From the NCBI RefSeq assembly GCF_024223415.1, contig NZ_CP100500.1: DNA of 64,000 nucleotides; one strand, given 5' to 3'. Below the pieces are notes generated by a model. The model had not been told where the DNA came from. It searched no databases and saw only the letters and a program-made list of their open reading frames with translations. Position numbers and translations under genes: made by a program. Position 1 is the stretch's first letter. Every line of letters begins with the position of its first letter. The DNA comes from Escherichia coli (lineage in GTDB: Bacteria; Pseudomonadota; Gammaproteobacteria; Enterobacterales; Enterobacteriaceae). Shown here one piece after another: positions 24,877 through 38,060 of the stretch.

Positions 24877-26178
24877 ATGGCGCAATTCTACTCTGCAAAA
24901 CGACGCACGACGACGCGTCAGATCATAACCGTTTCAGTCAACGACCTCGACTCTTTTGGTCAGGGCGTGGCGCGACATAACGGCAAAACGCTATTTATCC
25001 CCGGATTATTACCGCAGGAAAACGCGGAAGCTACTGTTACTGAAGATAAAAAACAGTATGCCCGCGCTAAAGTCGTACGCCGGTTAAGCGATAGCCCGGA
25101 ACGCGAAACGCCACGCTGTCCTCATTTTGGCGTATGCGGCGGCTGTCAGCAACAACACGCCAGCGTGGATTTACAGCAGCGAAGCAAAAGTGCGGCACTC
25201 GCCCGATTAATGAAACACGAAGTCTCTGAAGTGATCGCCGATGTTCCCTGGGGCTATCGCCGTCGCGCGCGTTTAAGTCTGAACTACTTACCGAAAACAC
25301 AGCAACTTCAGATGGGGTTTCGCAAAGCGGGCTCCAGTGAAATTGTCGACGTTAAACAATGCCCCATTTTAGTGCCCCAACTTGAAGCATTGCTGCCCAA
25401 AGTCAGGGCATGCCTGGGCAGCTTACAAGCTATGCGCCATCTTGGTCATGTTGAACTGGTACAGGCAACCAGCGGCACGCTGATGATTTTGCGCCATACC
25501 GCACCGCTAAGTTCGGCAGATCGCGAAAAACTGGAACGCTTTTCGCATTCTGAAGGCCTGGATCTGTATCTCGCCCCCGATAGTGAGATACTCGAAACCG
25601 TCTCTGGTGAGATGCCCTGGTATGACTCAAACGGGTTGCGCTTAACTTTTAGCCCGCGCGATTTTATTCAGGTCAATGCGGGTGTGAACCAAAAAATGGT
25701 AGCGCGTGCGTTGGAATGGCTGGATGTGCAACCTGAAGATCGCGTACTGGATCTGTTCTGCGGTATGGGCAACTTTACACTGCCATTGGCGACACAAGCA
25801 GCCAGTGTGGTGGGTGTAGAAGGTGTTTCGGCGCTGGTGGAAAAAGGCCAGCAGAATGCGCGTCTTAATGGCTTACAGAATGTGACGTTTTATCACGAAA
25901 ATCTTGAAGAAGATGTCACAAAGCAGCCGTGGGCGAAAAACGGCTTCGATAAAGTGTTGCTGGACCCCGCGCGAGCAGGTGCCGCAGGTGTTATGCAGCA
26001 AATTATAAAACTGGAACCTATTCGTATAGTTTATGTATCCTGTAACCCTGCAACGCTGGCTCGGGATAGCGAAGCGTTATTAAAAGCAGGATATACCATT
26101 GCGCGACTGGCGATGCTGGATATGTTCCCACACACGGGACATCTGGAATCGATGGTACTTTTCTCGCGCGTTAAATAG
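24877..26178 (+). CDS. rlmD: 23S rRNA (uracil1939-C5)-methyltransferase
   Basis: 433-aa ORF with TRAM domain, Fe-S cysteine cluster [11 protein letters not shown] and SAM-MTase motifs. Confidence 0.93.
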   Translation: MAQFYSAKRRTTTRQIITVSVNDLDSFGQGVARHNGKTLFIPGLLPQENAEATVTEDKKQYARAKVVRRLSDSPERETPRCPHFGVCGGCQQQHASVDLQQRSKSAALARLMKHEVSEVIADVPWGYRRRARLSLNYLPKTQQLQMGFRKAGSSEIVDVKQCPILVPQLEALLPKVRACLGSLQAMRHLGHVELVQATSGTLMILRHTAPLSSADREKLERFSHSEGLDLYLAPDSEILETVSGEMPWYDSNGLRLTFSPRDFIQVNAGVNQKMVARALEWLDVQPEDRVLDLFCGMGNFTLPLATQAASVVGVEGVSALVEKGQQNARLNGLQNVTFYHENLEEDVTKQPWAKNGFDKVLLDPARAGAAGVMQQIIKLEPIRIVYVSCNPATLARDSEALLKAGYTIARLAMLDMFPHTGHLESMVLFSRVK

Positions 26179-26225
26179 TTGCGATTTGCCGATTTCGGTA
26201 GGTCTGGTCCCTAAAGGAGAGGACG

Positions 26226-28460
26226 ATGGTTGCGGTAAGAAGTGCACATATCAATAAGGCTGGTGAATTTGATCCGGAAAAATGGATCGCAAGTCTGGGT
26301 ATTACCAGCCAGAAGTCGTGTGAGTGCTTAGCCGAAACCTGGGCGTATTGTCTGCAACAGACGCAGGGGCATCCGGATGCCAGTCTGTTATTGTGGCGTG
26401 GTGTTGAGATGGTGGAGATCCTCTCGACATTAAGTATGGACATTGACACGCTGCGGGCGGCGCTGCTTTTCCCTCTGGCTGATGCCAACGTAGTCAGCGA
26501 AGATGTGCTGCGTGAGAGCGTCGGTAAGTCGGTCGTTAACCTTATTCACGGCGTGCGTGATATGGCGGCGATCCGCCAGCTGAAAGCGACGCACACTGAT
26601 TCTGTTTCCTCCGAACAGGTCGATAACGTTCGCCGGATGTTATTGGCGATGGTCGATGATTTTCGCTGCGTGGTCATCAAACTGGCGGAGCGTATTGCTC
26701 ATCTGCGTGAAGTAAAAGATGCGCCGGAAGATGAACGCGTACTGGCGGCAAAAGAGTGCACCAATATCTACGCGCCGCTGGCGAACCGTCTTGGGATTGG
26801 GCAACTGAAATGGGAGCTGGAAGATTACTGCTTCCGTTATCTCCACCCGACCGAATACAAACGCATCGCAAAACTGTTGCATGAACGCCGTCTCGACCGC
26901 GAACACTATATCGAAGAGTTTGTCGGTCATCTGCGCGCTGAGATGAAAGCTGAAGGCGTTAAAGCTGAAGTGTATGGTCGTCCGAAACACATCTACAGCA
27001 TCTGGCGCAAAATGCAGAAAAAGAACCTCGCCTTCGATGAGCTGTTTGATGTGCGTGCGGTACGTATTGTCGCCGAGCGTTTACAGGATTGTTATGCCGC
27101 ACTGGGGATAGTGCACACTCACTATCGCCACCTGCCGGATGAGTTTGATGATTACGTCGCTAACCCGAAACCAAACGGTTATCAGTCTATTCATACCGTG
27201 GTTCTGGGGCCGGGTGGAAAAACCGTTGAGATCCAAATCCGCACCAAACAGATGCATGAAGATGCAGAGTTGGGTGTTGCTGCGCACTGGAAATATAAAG
27301 AGGGCGCGGCAGCTGGCGGCGCACGTTCGGGACATGAAGACCGGATTGCCTGGCTGCGTAAACTGATTGCGTGGCAGGAAGAGATGGCTGATTCCGGCGA
27401 AATGCTCGACGAAGTACGTAGTCAGGTGTTTGACGACAGGGTGTATGTCTTTACGCCGAAAGGTGATGTCGTTGATTTGCCTGCGGGATCAACGCCGCTG
27501 GACTTCGCTTACCACATCCACAGTGATGTCGGACACCGCTGCATCGGGGCAAAAATTGGCGGGCGCATTGTGCCGTTCACCTACCAGCTGCAGATGGGCG
27601 ACCAGATTGAAATTATCACCCAGAAACAGCCGAACCCCAGCCGTGACTGGTTAAACCCAAACCTCGGTTACGTCACAACCAGCCGTGGGCGTTCGAAAAT
27701 TCACGCCTGGTTCCGTAAACAGGACCGTGACAAAAACATTCTGGCTGGGCGGCAAATCCTTGACGACGAGCTGGAACATCTGGGGATCAGCCTGAAAGAA
27801 GCAGAAAAACATCTGCTGCCGCGTTACAACTTCAATGATGTCGACGAGTTGCTGGCGGCGATTGGTGGCGGGGATATCCGTCTCAATCAGATGGTGAACT
27901 TCCTGCAATCGCAATTTAATAAGCCGAGTGCCGAAGAGCAGGACGCCGCCGCGCTGAAACAGCTTCAGCAAAAAAGCTACACGCCGCAAAACCGCAGTAA
28001 AGATAACGGTCGTGTGGTGGTTGAAGGTGTTGGTAACCTGATGCACCACATCGCGCGCTGCTGCCAGCCGATTCCTGGAGATGAGATTGTCGGCTTCATT
28101 ACCCAGGGACGCGGTATTTCAGTACACCGCGCCGATTGCGAACAACTGGCGGAACTGCGCTCCCATGCGCCAGAACGCATTGTTGACGCGGTATGGGGTG
28201 AGAGCTACTCCGCCGGATATTCGCTGGTGGTCCGCGTGGTGGCTAATGATCGTAGTGGGTTGTTACGTGATATCACGACCATTCTCGCCAATGAGAAAGT
28301 GAACGTGCTTGGCGTTGCCAGCCGTAGCGACACCAAACAGCAACTGGCGACCATCGACATGACCATTGAGATTTACAACCTGCAAGTGCTGGGTCGCGTG
28401 CTGGGTAAACTGAACCAGGTGCCGGATGTTATCGACGCGCGTCGGTTGCACGGGAGTTAG
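26226..28460 (+). CDS. relA: GTP pyrophosphokinase, (p)ppGpp synthetase I
   Basis: 744-aa ORF MVAVRSAHINKAGEFDPEKWIASLG...; RelA/SpoT synthetase, TGS and ACT regions. Confidence 0.96.
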   Translation: MVAVRSAHINKAGEFDPEKWIASLGITSQKSCECLAETWAYCLQQTQGHPDASLLLWRGVEMVEILSTLSMDIDTLRAALLFPLADANVVSEDVLRESVGKSVVNLIHGVRDMAAIRQLKATHTDSVSSEQVDNVRRMLLAMVDDFRCVVIKLAERIAHLREVKDAPEDERVLAAKECTNIYAPLANRLGIGQLKWELEDYCFRYLHPTEYKRIAKLLHERRLDREHYIEEFVGHLRAEMKAEGVKAEVYGRPKHIYSIWRKMQKKNLAFDELFDVRAVRIVAERLQDCYAALGIVHTHYRHLPDEFDDYVANPKPNGYQSIHTVVLGPGGKTVEIQIRTKQMHEDAELGVAAHWKYKEGAAAGGARSGHEDRIAWLRKLIAWQEEMADSGEMLDEVRSQVFDDRVYVFTPKGDVVDLPAGSTPLDFAYHIHSDVGHRCIGAKIGGRIVPFTYQLQMGDQIEIITQKQPNPSRDWLNPNLGYVTTSRGRSKIHAWFRKQDRDKNILAGRQILDDELEHLGISLKEAEKHLLPRYNFNDVDELLAAIGGGDIRLNQMVNFLQSQFNKPSAEEQDAAALKQLQQKSYTPQNRSKDNGRVVVEGVGNLMHHIARCCQPIPGDEIVGFITQGRGISVHRADCEQLAELRSHAPERIVDAVWGESYSAGYSLVVRVVANDRSGLLRDITTILANEKVNVLGVASRSDTKQQLATIDMTIEIYNLQVLGRVLGKLNQVPDVIDARRLHGS

Positions 28461-28475
28461 GCCGAAACTTGCTCG

Positions 28476-28520
28476 TATCTACAATGTAGATTGATATATA
28501 CTGTATCTACATATGATAGC
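28476..28520. promoter_or_regulatory. mazEF promoter with alternating-palindrome operator
   Basis: ATCTACAATGTAGAT plus a further ATCTACAT arm, so the arms can pair in alternative registers; immediately upstream of mazE. Confidence 0.7.
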
Positions 28521-28537
28521 GGTTTGAGGAAAGGGTT

Positions 28538-28786
28538 ATGATCCACAGTAGCGTAAAGCGTTGGGGAAATTCACCGGCGGTGCGGATCCCGGCTACGTTA
28601 ATGCAGGCGCTCAATCTGAATATTGATGATGAAGTGAAGATTGACCTGGTGGATGGCAAATTAATTATTGAGCCAGTGCGTAAAGAGCCCGTATTTACGC
28701 TTGCTGAACTGGTCAACGACATCACGCCGGAAAACCTCCACGATAATATCGACTGGGGAGAGCCGAAAGATAAGGAAGTCTGGTAA
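28538..28786 (+). CDS. mazE: Antitoxin MazE
   Basis: 82-aa [30 protein letters not shown]... (AbrB/SpoVT fold). Confidence 0.96.
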   Translation: MIHSSVKRWGNSPAVRIPATLMQALNLNIDDEVKIDLVDGKLIIEPVRKEPVFTLAELVNDITPENLHDNIDWGEPKDKEVW

Positions 28787-29121
28787 TGGTAAGCCGATAC
28801 GTACCCGATATGGGCGATCTGATTTGGGTTGATTTTGACCCGACAAAAGGTAGCGAGCAAGCCGGACATCGTCCGGCTGTTGTCCTGAGTCCGTTCATGT
28901 ACAACAACAAAACAGGTATGTGTCTGTGTGTTCCTTGTACAACGCAATCAAAAGGATATCCGTTCGAAGTTGTTTTATCCGGTCAGGAACGTGATGGCGT
29001 AGCGTTAGCTGATCAGGTAAAAAGTATCGCCTGGCGGGCAAAAGGAGCAACGAAGAAAGGAACGGTTGCCCCAGAGGAATTACAACTCATTAAAGCCAAA
29101 ATTAACGTACTGATTGGGTAG
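28786..29121 (+). CDS. mazF: mRNA interferase toxin MazF
   Basis: 111-aa [38 protein letters not shown]...; start overlaps mazE stop. Confidence 0.96.
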   Translation: MVSRYVPDMGDLIWVDFDPTKGSEQAGHRPAVVLSPFMYNNKTGMCLCVPCTTQSKGYPFEVVLSGQERDGVALADQVKSIAWRAKGATKKGTVAPEELQLIKAKINVLIG

Positions 29122-29192
29122 GTGTTACTAACTCACTTCTATTCTGGTCACAGGTTTCCACCTGACAGACCCGCAATTTTCAGGACATTCTA

Positions 29193-29984
29193 ATGAATCA
29201 AATTGACCGTTTGCTCACTATTATGCAGCGCCTGCGCGACCCGGAAAACGGCTGCCCGTGGGATAAAGAGCAGACATTTTCTTCTATTGCGCCTTACACC
29301 CTTGAAGAAACCTACGAGGTGCTGGACGCTATTGCCCGCGAAGACTTTGACGATCTGCGCGGTGAACTCGGCGATCTGCTGTTCCAGGTGGTGTTTTACG
29401 CACAAATGGCCCAGGAAGAAGGGCGCTTTGATTTTAATGATATTTGCGCCGCGATTAGCGATAAATTAGAACGCCGTCATCCACATGTTTTTGCTGACGG
29501 TTCTGCCGGAAACAGCCGCGAAGTTCTCGCCCGTTGGGAGGAGATCAAAACCGAAGAGCGCGCGCAGAAAGCGCAGCATTCGGCGCTGGACGATATTCCT
29601 CGTAGTTTACCCGCCTTAATGCGTGCGCAAAAAATCCAGAAACGTTGCGCCAACGTTGGCTTCGATTGGACGACGCTTGGTCCGGTAGTCGATAAAGTCT
29701 ACGAAGAGATCGACGAGGTGATGTACGAAGCGCGGCAGGCTGTTGTCGACCAGGCTAAACTGGAGGAGGAAATGGGGGACCTGCTATTTGCCACGGTCAA
29801 TCTGGCTCGTCATTTAGGGACAAAAGCGGAAATCGCATTGCAAAAAGCGAACGAAAAATTCGAGCGTCGTTTTCGCGAAGTGGAGCGTATTGTTGCCGCG
29901 CGTGGACTGGAAATGACAGGTGTTGACCTCGAAACAATGGAAGAAGTCTGGCAACAGGTAAAACGGCAGGAAATTGATCTCTAA
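29193..29984 (+). CDS. mazG: Nucleoside triphosphate pyrophosphohydrolase MazG
   Basis: 263-aa ORF with tandem MazG domains. Confidence 0.93.
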   Translation: MNQIDRLLTIMQRLRDPENGCPWDKEQTFSSIAPYTLEETYEVLDAIAREDFDDLRGELGDLLFQVVFYAQMAQEEGRFDFNDICAAISDKLERRHPHVFADGSAGNSREVLARWEEIKTEERAQKAQHSALDDIPRSLPALMRAQKIQKRCANVGFDWTTLGPVVDKVYEEIDEVMYEARQAVVDQAKLEEEMGDLLFATVNLARHLGTKAEIALQKANEKFERRFREVERIVAARGLEMTGVDLETMEEVWQQVKRQEIDL

Positions 29985-29997
29985 GGGAATTACGCGG

Positions 29998-30039
29998 TCA
30001 AGCGCCATTTGTGTCATTTTTTAAATGACAAGCGCTTGA
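29998..30039 (+). other. Imperfect hairpin downstream of mazG, in the pyrG upstream region
   Basis: TCAAGCGC...TGTCATT-tttta-AATGACA..GCGCTTGA; possible -10 TATACT at 30151..30156. Confidence 0.4.
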
Positions 30040-30196
30040 TTTGCGTCAAAAACATTTACCCCAAAGGGGCTATTTTCTCACTCCTGATTTCAATAGTGCG
30101 CTGGCGAAGAGGAGGGATAATGAAAGTTTGTGGCACAGGTCATGTTCGGGTATACTGCTTTCCCGTCCTGGTTATTCCATCGTCTTTTCAACCTAA

Positions 30197-31849
<1,653 letters not shown>

Positions 31850-31869
31850 GTAAAAAAGTTAGAACGGCA

Positions 31870-31890
31870 ACGCGTACCCTGGGTACGCGT
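31870..31890 (+). other. Palindrome in the pyrG-eno spacer
   Basis: ACGCGTACCC-t-GGGTACGCGT, 10-bp arms followed by TGTTTGT. Confidence 0.4.
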
Positions 31891-31921
31891 TGTTTGTCTG
31901 GAGTTTCAGTTTAACTAGTGA

Positions 31922-33235
<1,314 letters not shown>

Positions 33236-33260
33236 GTCTGACTTTATCTGATTTAAAAAT

Positions 33261-33285
33261 GCCAGCCTTCGGGCTGGCGTTTTTT
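33261..33285. terminator. Bidirectional intrinsic terminator after eno
   Basis: GCCAGCC-ttcg-GGCTGGC followed by TTTTTT, preceded by AAAAA on the other side. Confidence 0.8.
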
Positions 33286-33294
33286 ATGGTTGAG

Positions 33295-34200
33295 TTACCA
33301 GCGACCGGACGCGCCGCCACCTCCAGAAGAACCGCCACCGCCGCTAAACCCGCCGCCTGAGCCTCCGCCACTTGAGCCGCCACCGGAAGAGGATGAAGAA
33401 GAACCTTTTCTTGAAGCTCTTTCTTTACTGAGTTTTTTGTATTTGGCGCGTAGCTTTTTATTGACGATAAGCCAAAAAATAACCAGTGGTACGATCGCAA
33501 AAGGCGTTAACATACCGCAGGCAACGATTAAATTGGTCCATGGTCCTGGCTCGGCAACATAGAGGAATACCATCCCGTAAATGGCGCCAGTGAGAGTGAT
33601 CCAGGGTAAATTCGACGGATCGGTAAAAACAATAAAATATGAAAGTACCGCCAGCAATATAATTACAGCAAGCGATAATGGAATAGGGGGATTGATACTG
33701 TAATAATCCCCCCTGTCTTCCGGTAATTCACCATTCAACAGAAGCGCGCCGATATTTTCGCTTGCCAGTGTTAATCCACCCATCAGGTCATCACTTTTGA
33801 AGGCAGGGATCAATATATCCCTGATAATCTTCGCCGCTTGCAGGTCGGTAACCACCCCTTCCAGCCCGTAGCCAACCTCAATACGAACAGCATGATCCTC
33901 CCAGGCAACCAGAAGTAAAATACCATCGTTTCTCTGCTTATCTCCCAGTTTCCAGCTATCAAAAACCCTTGTAGCATATTGTTCAATGGAATCGTCTCCG
34001 GTAGACGGCACTACTAATACAGCGACCTGCGCCCGTGTTTTATGTGTAATATCCTGCAGTTGCTGTGTCAGTGATTGTTGTTCAGAAGTGCTTAACGTAC
34101 CAGTAATATCGGTCACCTGTTGGCGCAGTTCCGGCACAGCAATTTGCTGGGCAAGCCCAGGAAGACACCACAAAGTGAATAGAATAAAGATTAAGCGCAT
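33295..34200 (-). CDS. TPM-domain membrane protein (YgcG-like), paralogue 1
   Basis: ORF track begins at a TTG (34212); the ATG at 34200 gives MRLIFILFTLWCLPGLAQQ... (signal peptide), a TPM domain (TGDDSIEQYATRVFDSWKLGDK...), TM helices and a Gly/Ser-rich C-terminus ending SGRW. Confidence 0.8.
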   Translation of the reverse strand: MRLIFILFTLWCLPGLAQQIAVPELRQQVTDITGTLSTSEQQSLTQQLQDITHKTRAQVAVLVVPSTGDDSIEQYATRVFDSWKLGDKQRNDGILLLVAWEDHAVRIEVGYGLEGVVTDLQAAKIIRDILIPAFKSDDLMGGLTLASENIGALLLNGELPEDRGDYYSINPPIPLSLAVIILLAVLSYFIVFTDPSNLPWITLTGAIYGMVFLYVAEPGPWTNLIVACGMLTPFAIVPLVIFWLIVNKKLRAKYKKLSKERASRKGSSSSSSGGGSSGGGSGGGFSGGGGSSGGGGASGRW

Positions 34201-34205
34201 TACGA

Positions 34206-35354
34206 TCACCAACGGCCGGATGAACCGCCGCCTCCTGAAGAACCGCCACCACCGCGGAAAGAATTTCTCGACGAAGAGCGAGAGTGAGCATTACGATTCC
34301 CCGTTTTCCTGTTGCTTTTTTCTCCTGATCCCAGCTTAAGATTGCCAGTAAATTTGGCCACAATGATCAGCAGAACGATGCCAGCAATGGTTATTGGACC
34401 GATAAAATGATCAATTAACCCAATAATTGTTGAGATGAATGCAATATCTTTATTACTGGCGAACACTAGGCACCATCCCACAATAATTATCAGCATCACG
34501 ACAAACAATGAATTTCGTCCTGATTCACGAACCTGCGGAGTCTTCTTTTGTTTTTTCACTTTAGCGTTTTTATTTTTTGGGGTCAGCATCATAGGAAATA
34601 CGCGGCACATATTAAAAACTACCGCGAGACGCTGCTTGCAGGTTGTTGCTAACAATAAACTAAAACAAACGACCGATACCCGCCGAATGATGACATCGTC
34701 CTGAAAGGAGAAAAACCAGACCATAGGGGTAATCATCGATATCATCCATATGCCACGCCGTGGGCGGCTGGCAAATCGCCAGAGGACAACGATGGCAACG
34801 ATCATCAGCAGTGTCCAGGCAAGACATGGCAGCGAACGTTGCGGATTAGCAAACAGATGATTGGCTAAAGCATCCAAAGGGCTAATGTTCGCTTTGATAT
34901 GGGTAAACTGTGCGATGCTTTCAATTCCGCCCGTTAATCCAGCAAAGAGATTGTTTTTTTCGAATTCTGGCTGCATATGGTAACGAACAATTTGCGCAGC
35001 TTGTTCCGGCGGCAACATCTGTTCCAGTCCATGTCCAATCTTCATTGACGCCAGCCCTTCCGGCCATACGACGAGAATTAAGATACCTTCGCCATATCGC
35101 TTCTCTCCAACGGGTTTCCAGTGATATACCCCGTATCTCTGCGAGGCTGCAAGTTTAATGTTTTTGCCCCCTGTGGTCGGCGTAACCAACACGGCCACCT
35201 GGAAGTGGTTTTGCTGCTCGAGAGTCTGTAATTGTTGAGTTAAAGCAGTTTGTTCTTCTGTCGTTAATGTCCCGGTTAAGTCAGTTACTGAAGGCCATTG
35301 TTCAGCGAATACCTGAAAACCGCATAGCATCAGAAGTAAGAGAAAAATACGCAT
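34206..35354 (-). CDS. TPM-domain membrane protein, paralogue 2 (longer, multi-TM)
   Basis: 382-aa ORF; signal peptide MRIFLLLLMLCGFQVFA; AAGGA SD; C-terminus GGGGSSGGGGSSGRW. Confidence 0.8.
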   Translation of the reverse strand: MRIFLLLLMLCGFQVFAEQWPSVTDLTGTLTTEEQTALTQQLQTLEQQNHFQVAVLVTPTTGGKNIKLAASQRYGVYHWKPVGEKRYGEGILILVVWPEGLASMKIGHGLEQMLPPEQAAQIVRYHMQPEFEKNNLFAGLTGGIESIAQFTHIKANISPLDALANHLFANPQRSLPCLAWTLLMIVAIVVLWRFASRPRRGIWMISMITPMVWFFSFQDDVIIRRVSVVCFSLLLATTCKQRLAVVFNMCRVFPMMLTPKNKNAKVKKQKKTPQVRESGRNSLFVVMLIIIVGWCLVFASNKDIAFISTIIGLIDHFIGPITIAGIVLLIIVAKFTGNLKLGSGEKSNRKTGNRNAHSRSSSRNSFRGGGGSSGGGGSSGRW

Positions 35355-35368
35355 ATCAATTCCTTTTG

Positions 35369-36262
35369 TTACCAGCGCCCGGAAGCGCCACCGCCACCAG
35401 ATGAACCGCCACCACCGCTGAAATTGTCATTGTTGAATGAAGAGGATGACGATGATGAATAGTGGGAGGAAGAATTGCTTCTTGTATGGCGTGATGGCTG
35501 GTTGACATCACGCATCAAATCCCGAACTTTTTTGCCGAAGGGGGTAAAAGCGATGGCGACAGCCAGGAACGGTGTGGCGAAGCAGAGTAATGTTGCGAGT
35601 ACTCCCCAGCTTCCGCTGAAGCCTGCTATAGGTAAAACAAAGGCCAGTACAATAGCTGCGAAGCAAATTACTCCCAGCGTTTTGATATATCCTCTGGCAG
35701 AAATAAACGTCAGTACTATCGCCCAGACTAACAATGCCCACCAACCGCTAAAGGGCAAAGGGTGATCGGTCGGTGTTATCGTTGCTAAATTATTCCCCGT
35801 AAGACGACTTTCAATATCGCTGATCCCCTTTTGTAAACCGCCAGCTAGGTCGCCTTTTTTAAATGCAGGAATAATACTGTTGCGAATAATTTTCCTGGAC
35901 TGTGCATCCGTAATAATACCTTCCAGCCCGTAACCGATTTCAATACGCACGGTATGATCCTGCCAGGCGACTAACAGTAGAACGCCATCATCACGGTCTT
36001 TATCACCCGGTTTCCAGCTATCGAATACCCGCGTTGCGTACTGCTCGATGGTTTCATCGCCTGTTGTTTCAACCACTAACACGACCAGTTGTGCGTGGCT
36101 TTTTTGCGTCAGGGCTTTAATCTGGTTGGTCAGGGTGTTTACTTCGCTGTTTGTTAATGTGCCCGTTAAGTCATTCACATACTTGGGTGATTCAGGTACT
36201 GGAATTTGTGTGGCAAACACAGATGAACAGAAGAAAGCCATAAGGAAGATAAAATTTCGCAT
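35369..36262 (-). CDS. TPM-domain membrane protein, paralogue 3
   Basis: ORF track to 36292; the ATG at 36262 (MRNFIFLMAFFCSSVFATQ...) has a GGGGAAG SD and a signal-peptide-like N-terminus; TPM core nearly identical to paralogue 1; C-terminus GGGGSSGGGGASGRW. Confidence 0.8.
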   Translation of the reverse strand: MRNFIFLMAFFCSSVFATQIPVPESPKYVNDLTGTLTNSEVNTLTNQIKALTQKSHAQLVVLVVETTGDETIEQYATRVFDSWKPGDKDRDDGVLLLVAWQDHTVRIEIGYGLEGIITDAQSRKIIRNSIIPAFKKGDLAGGLQKGISDIESRLTGNNLATITPTDHPLPFSGWWALLVWAIVLTFISARGYIKTLGVICFAAIVLAFVLPIAGFSGSWGVLATLLCFATPFLAVAIAFTPFGKKVRDLMRDVNQPSRHTRSNSSSHYSSSSSSSFNNDNFSGGGGSSGGGGASGRW

Positions 36263-36275
36263 AGAACTTCCCCGC

Positions 36276-36878
36276 TTAATGAGCATTAGCATTCTGGCTA
36301 AAATCTATTGTTGGGGCTTTACTTACTGCGGCGACATCATCCGGCAAATAATTTTTCTTTGGTGTGTAATCCATGACCTTTGCGGTTAACACAGCGGGGA
36401 ATTTGCGGATAGTGACATTATATTGTTCAATGGCTTTAATATATCTTCCTCGCGCAACGGCAATCCGATTTTCACTTCCTTCAAGCTGTACCATTAAATT
36501 TTGATAGAGTTCCTGAGATTTTAACTCAGGGTAACGCTCACTAATTATCGTTAACTGACCGAGAGTGCGAGTCACCTGCGCTTGAGCCTGTTGCCAGGCT
36601 TGTAATTTTTGTTCATCTCCCGGAGTTTGCTGAAGATCGCTACTGGCGCGATTAGCCTGGCTACGAGCCAATGTTACGGCTTCCAGTACATCTCGTTCAT
36701 GGCTGGAATAACCTTTAATGCTGGCGACAAGATTAGGAATAAGATCGGCGCGACGTTGATATTGATTCAATACCTCAGACCAGGAGGCGTTAACCTGCTC
36801 ATCATAGGTTTGAATATCGTTATATCCACAGCCTGATAAATTGAAAATAAATATAATTACGATGAATATTCTGAGCAT
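36276..36878 (-). CDS. lemA: LemA-family lipoprotein
   Basis: 200-aa ORF with lipobox (FNLSGC) and LemA-family helical region; first gene of the four-gene minus-strand operon. Confidence 0.8.
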   Translation of the reverse strand: MLRIFIVIIFIFNLSGCGYNDIQTYDEQVNASWSEVLNQYQRRADLIPNLVASIKGYSSHERDVLEAVTLARSQANRASSDLQQTPGDEQKLQAWQQAQAQVTRTLGQLTIISERYPELKSQELYQNLMVQLEGSENRIAVARGRYIKAIEQYNVTIRKFPAVLTAKVMDYTPKKNYLPDDVAAVSKAPTIDFSQNANAH

Positions 36879-37050
36879 GTTTAAATCCCTTTTAATTAAT
36901 TCCTTAAAACATAATACTCTGCTTCATTTTATTCTTTATGATCTAATCCACTTTTTGCCATAAACCTGCCTGTAACAGAATGTTAATAAGACATGATTGT
37001 TGTGGCAGGATCTGCAATAATTAACAATTATCCACTTCACAGAGAATGCT

Positions 37051-37722
37051 ATGCAGTACCCGATTAACGAGATGTTCCAGACCCTGCAAGGTGAGGGTTA
37101 CTTTACCGGCGTCCCCGCCATTTTTATTCGTTTACAGGGATGCCCGGTTGGCTGTGCCTGGTGCGACACCAAACACACCTGGGAAAAGCTTGAGGATCGG
37201 GAAGTCTCCCTTTTCAGCATTCTGGCGAAGACCAAAGAGAGTGATAAGTGGGGGGCGGCGAGCAGTGAAGATTTGCTGGCTGTCATTGGTCGCCAGGGAT
37301 ACACCGCGCGGCATGTGGTGATTACGGGTGGTGAGCCTTGCATTCATGATTTGCTACCACTGACAGATCTGCTCGAAAAGAACGGTTTTAGCTGCCAGAT
37401 CGAAACCAGTGGTACTCATGAGGTACGCTGCACACCGAATACCTGGGTTACCGTATCACCAAAGCTGAACATGCGCGGCGGCTATGAAGTGTTGTCACAG
37501 GCACTGGAGCGAGCCAACGAAATCAAGCATCCAGTGGGACGCGTACGTGATATTGAAGCACTGGATGAACTTTTGGCGACGCTGACCGATGATAAACCGC
37601 GAGTCATTGCACTGCAGCCGATTAGCCAAAAGGATGATGCCACACGTTTGTGCATTGAAACCTGCATTGCGCGTAATTGGCGTTTGTCGATGCAAACCCA
37701 TAAATATTTAAATATTGCCTGA
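37051..37722 (+). CDS. queE: 7-carboxy-7-deazaguanine synthase (radical SAM)
   Basis: 223-aa ORF MQYPINEMFQTLQGEGYFTGVPAIFIRLQGCPVGCAWCDTKHTW (CxxxCxxC-type cluster motif). Confidence 0.93.
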   Translation: MQYPINEMFQTLQGEGYFTGVPAIFIRLQGCPVGCAWCDTKHTWEKLEDREVSLFSILAKTKESDKWGAASSEDLLAVIGRQGYTARHVVITGGEPCIHDLLPLTDLLEKNGFSCQIETSGTHEVRCTPNTWVTVSPKLNMRGGYEVLSQALERANEIKHPVGRVRDIEALDELLATLTDDKPRVIALQPISQKDDATRLCIETCIARNWRLSMQTHKYLNIA

Positions 37723-38060
37723 TTAAACATTTATAAGCGTTATAAATGGGTGGAAACTGTAAAGACTTCTACTCATTTATATTCTTTGTCGTCTCTGAAA
37801 AACCTCCATTTTGCCCATCCTGAACTAATCATTATCATTCTCTACAAATTCTGTGGCGTTAATTTTTCGCTGGAGTGAAAACTATTGCGGTAAAGTTTGG
37901 TAGATTTTAGTTTGTATAGAGTTATTTTAAATATTTACCTTTTTAATCAATGGGTTAAGTGCTCTTTAACATGATGGATGTGTTGTTTGTGTGATACTGT
38001 AAAGTTGGTAGATTGTGACTGGCTTAAAAAATCATTAATTAATAATAGGTTATGTTTAGA
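37723..38060 (+). promoter_or_regulatory. CRISPR leader (AT-rich, promoter-containing)
   Basis: About 340 bp of AT-rich sequence ending ...TATGTTTAGA immediately before repeat 1; repeat orientation places the leader on this side. Confidence 0.65.

Noticed and set aside
33290-33562. Proline-rich 90-aa plus-strand ORF (PPPPEEPPPP...)
   Set aside because: It is the reverse complement of the Gly/Ser-rich tail of the TPM gene (GGN codons read as NCC = Pro); not an independent gene
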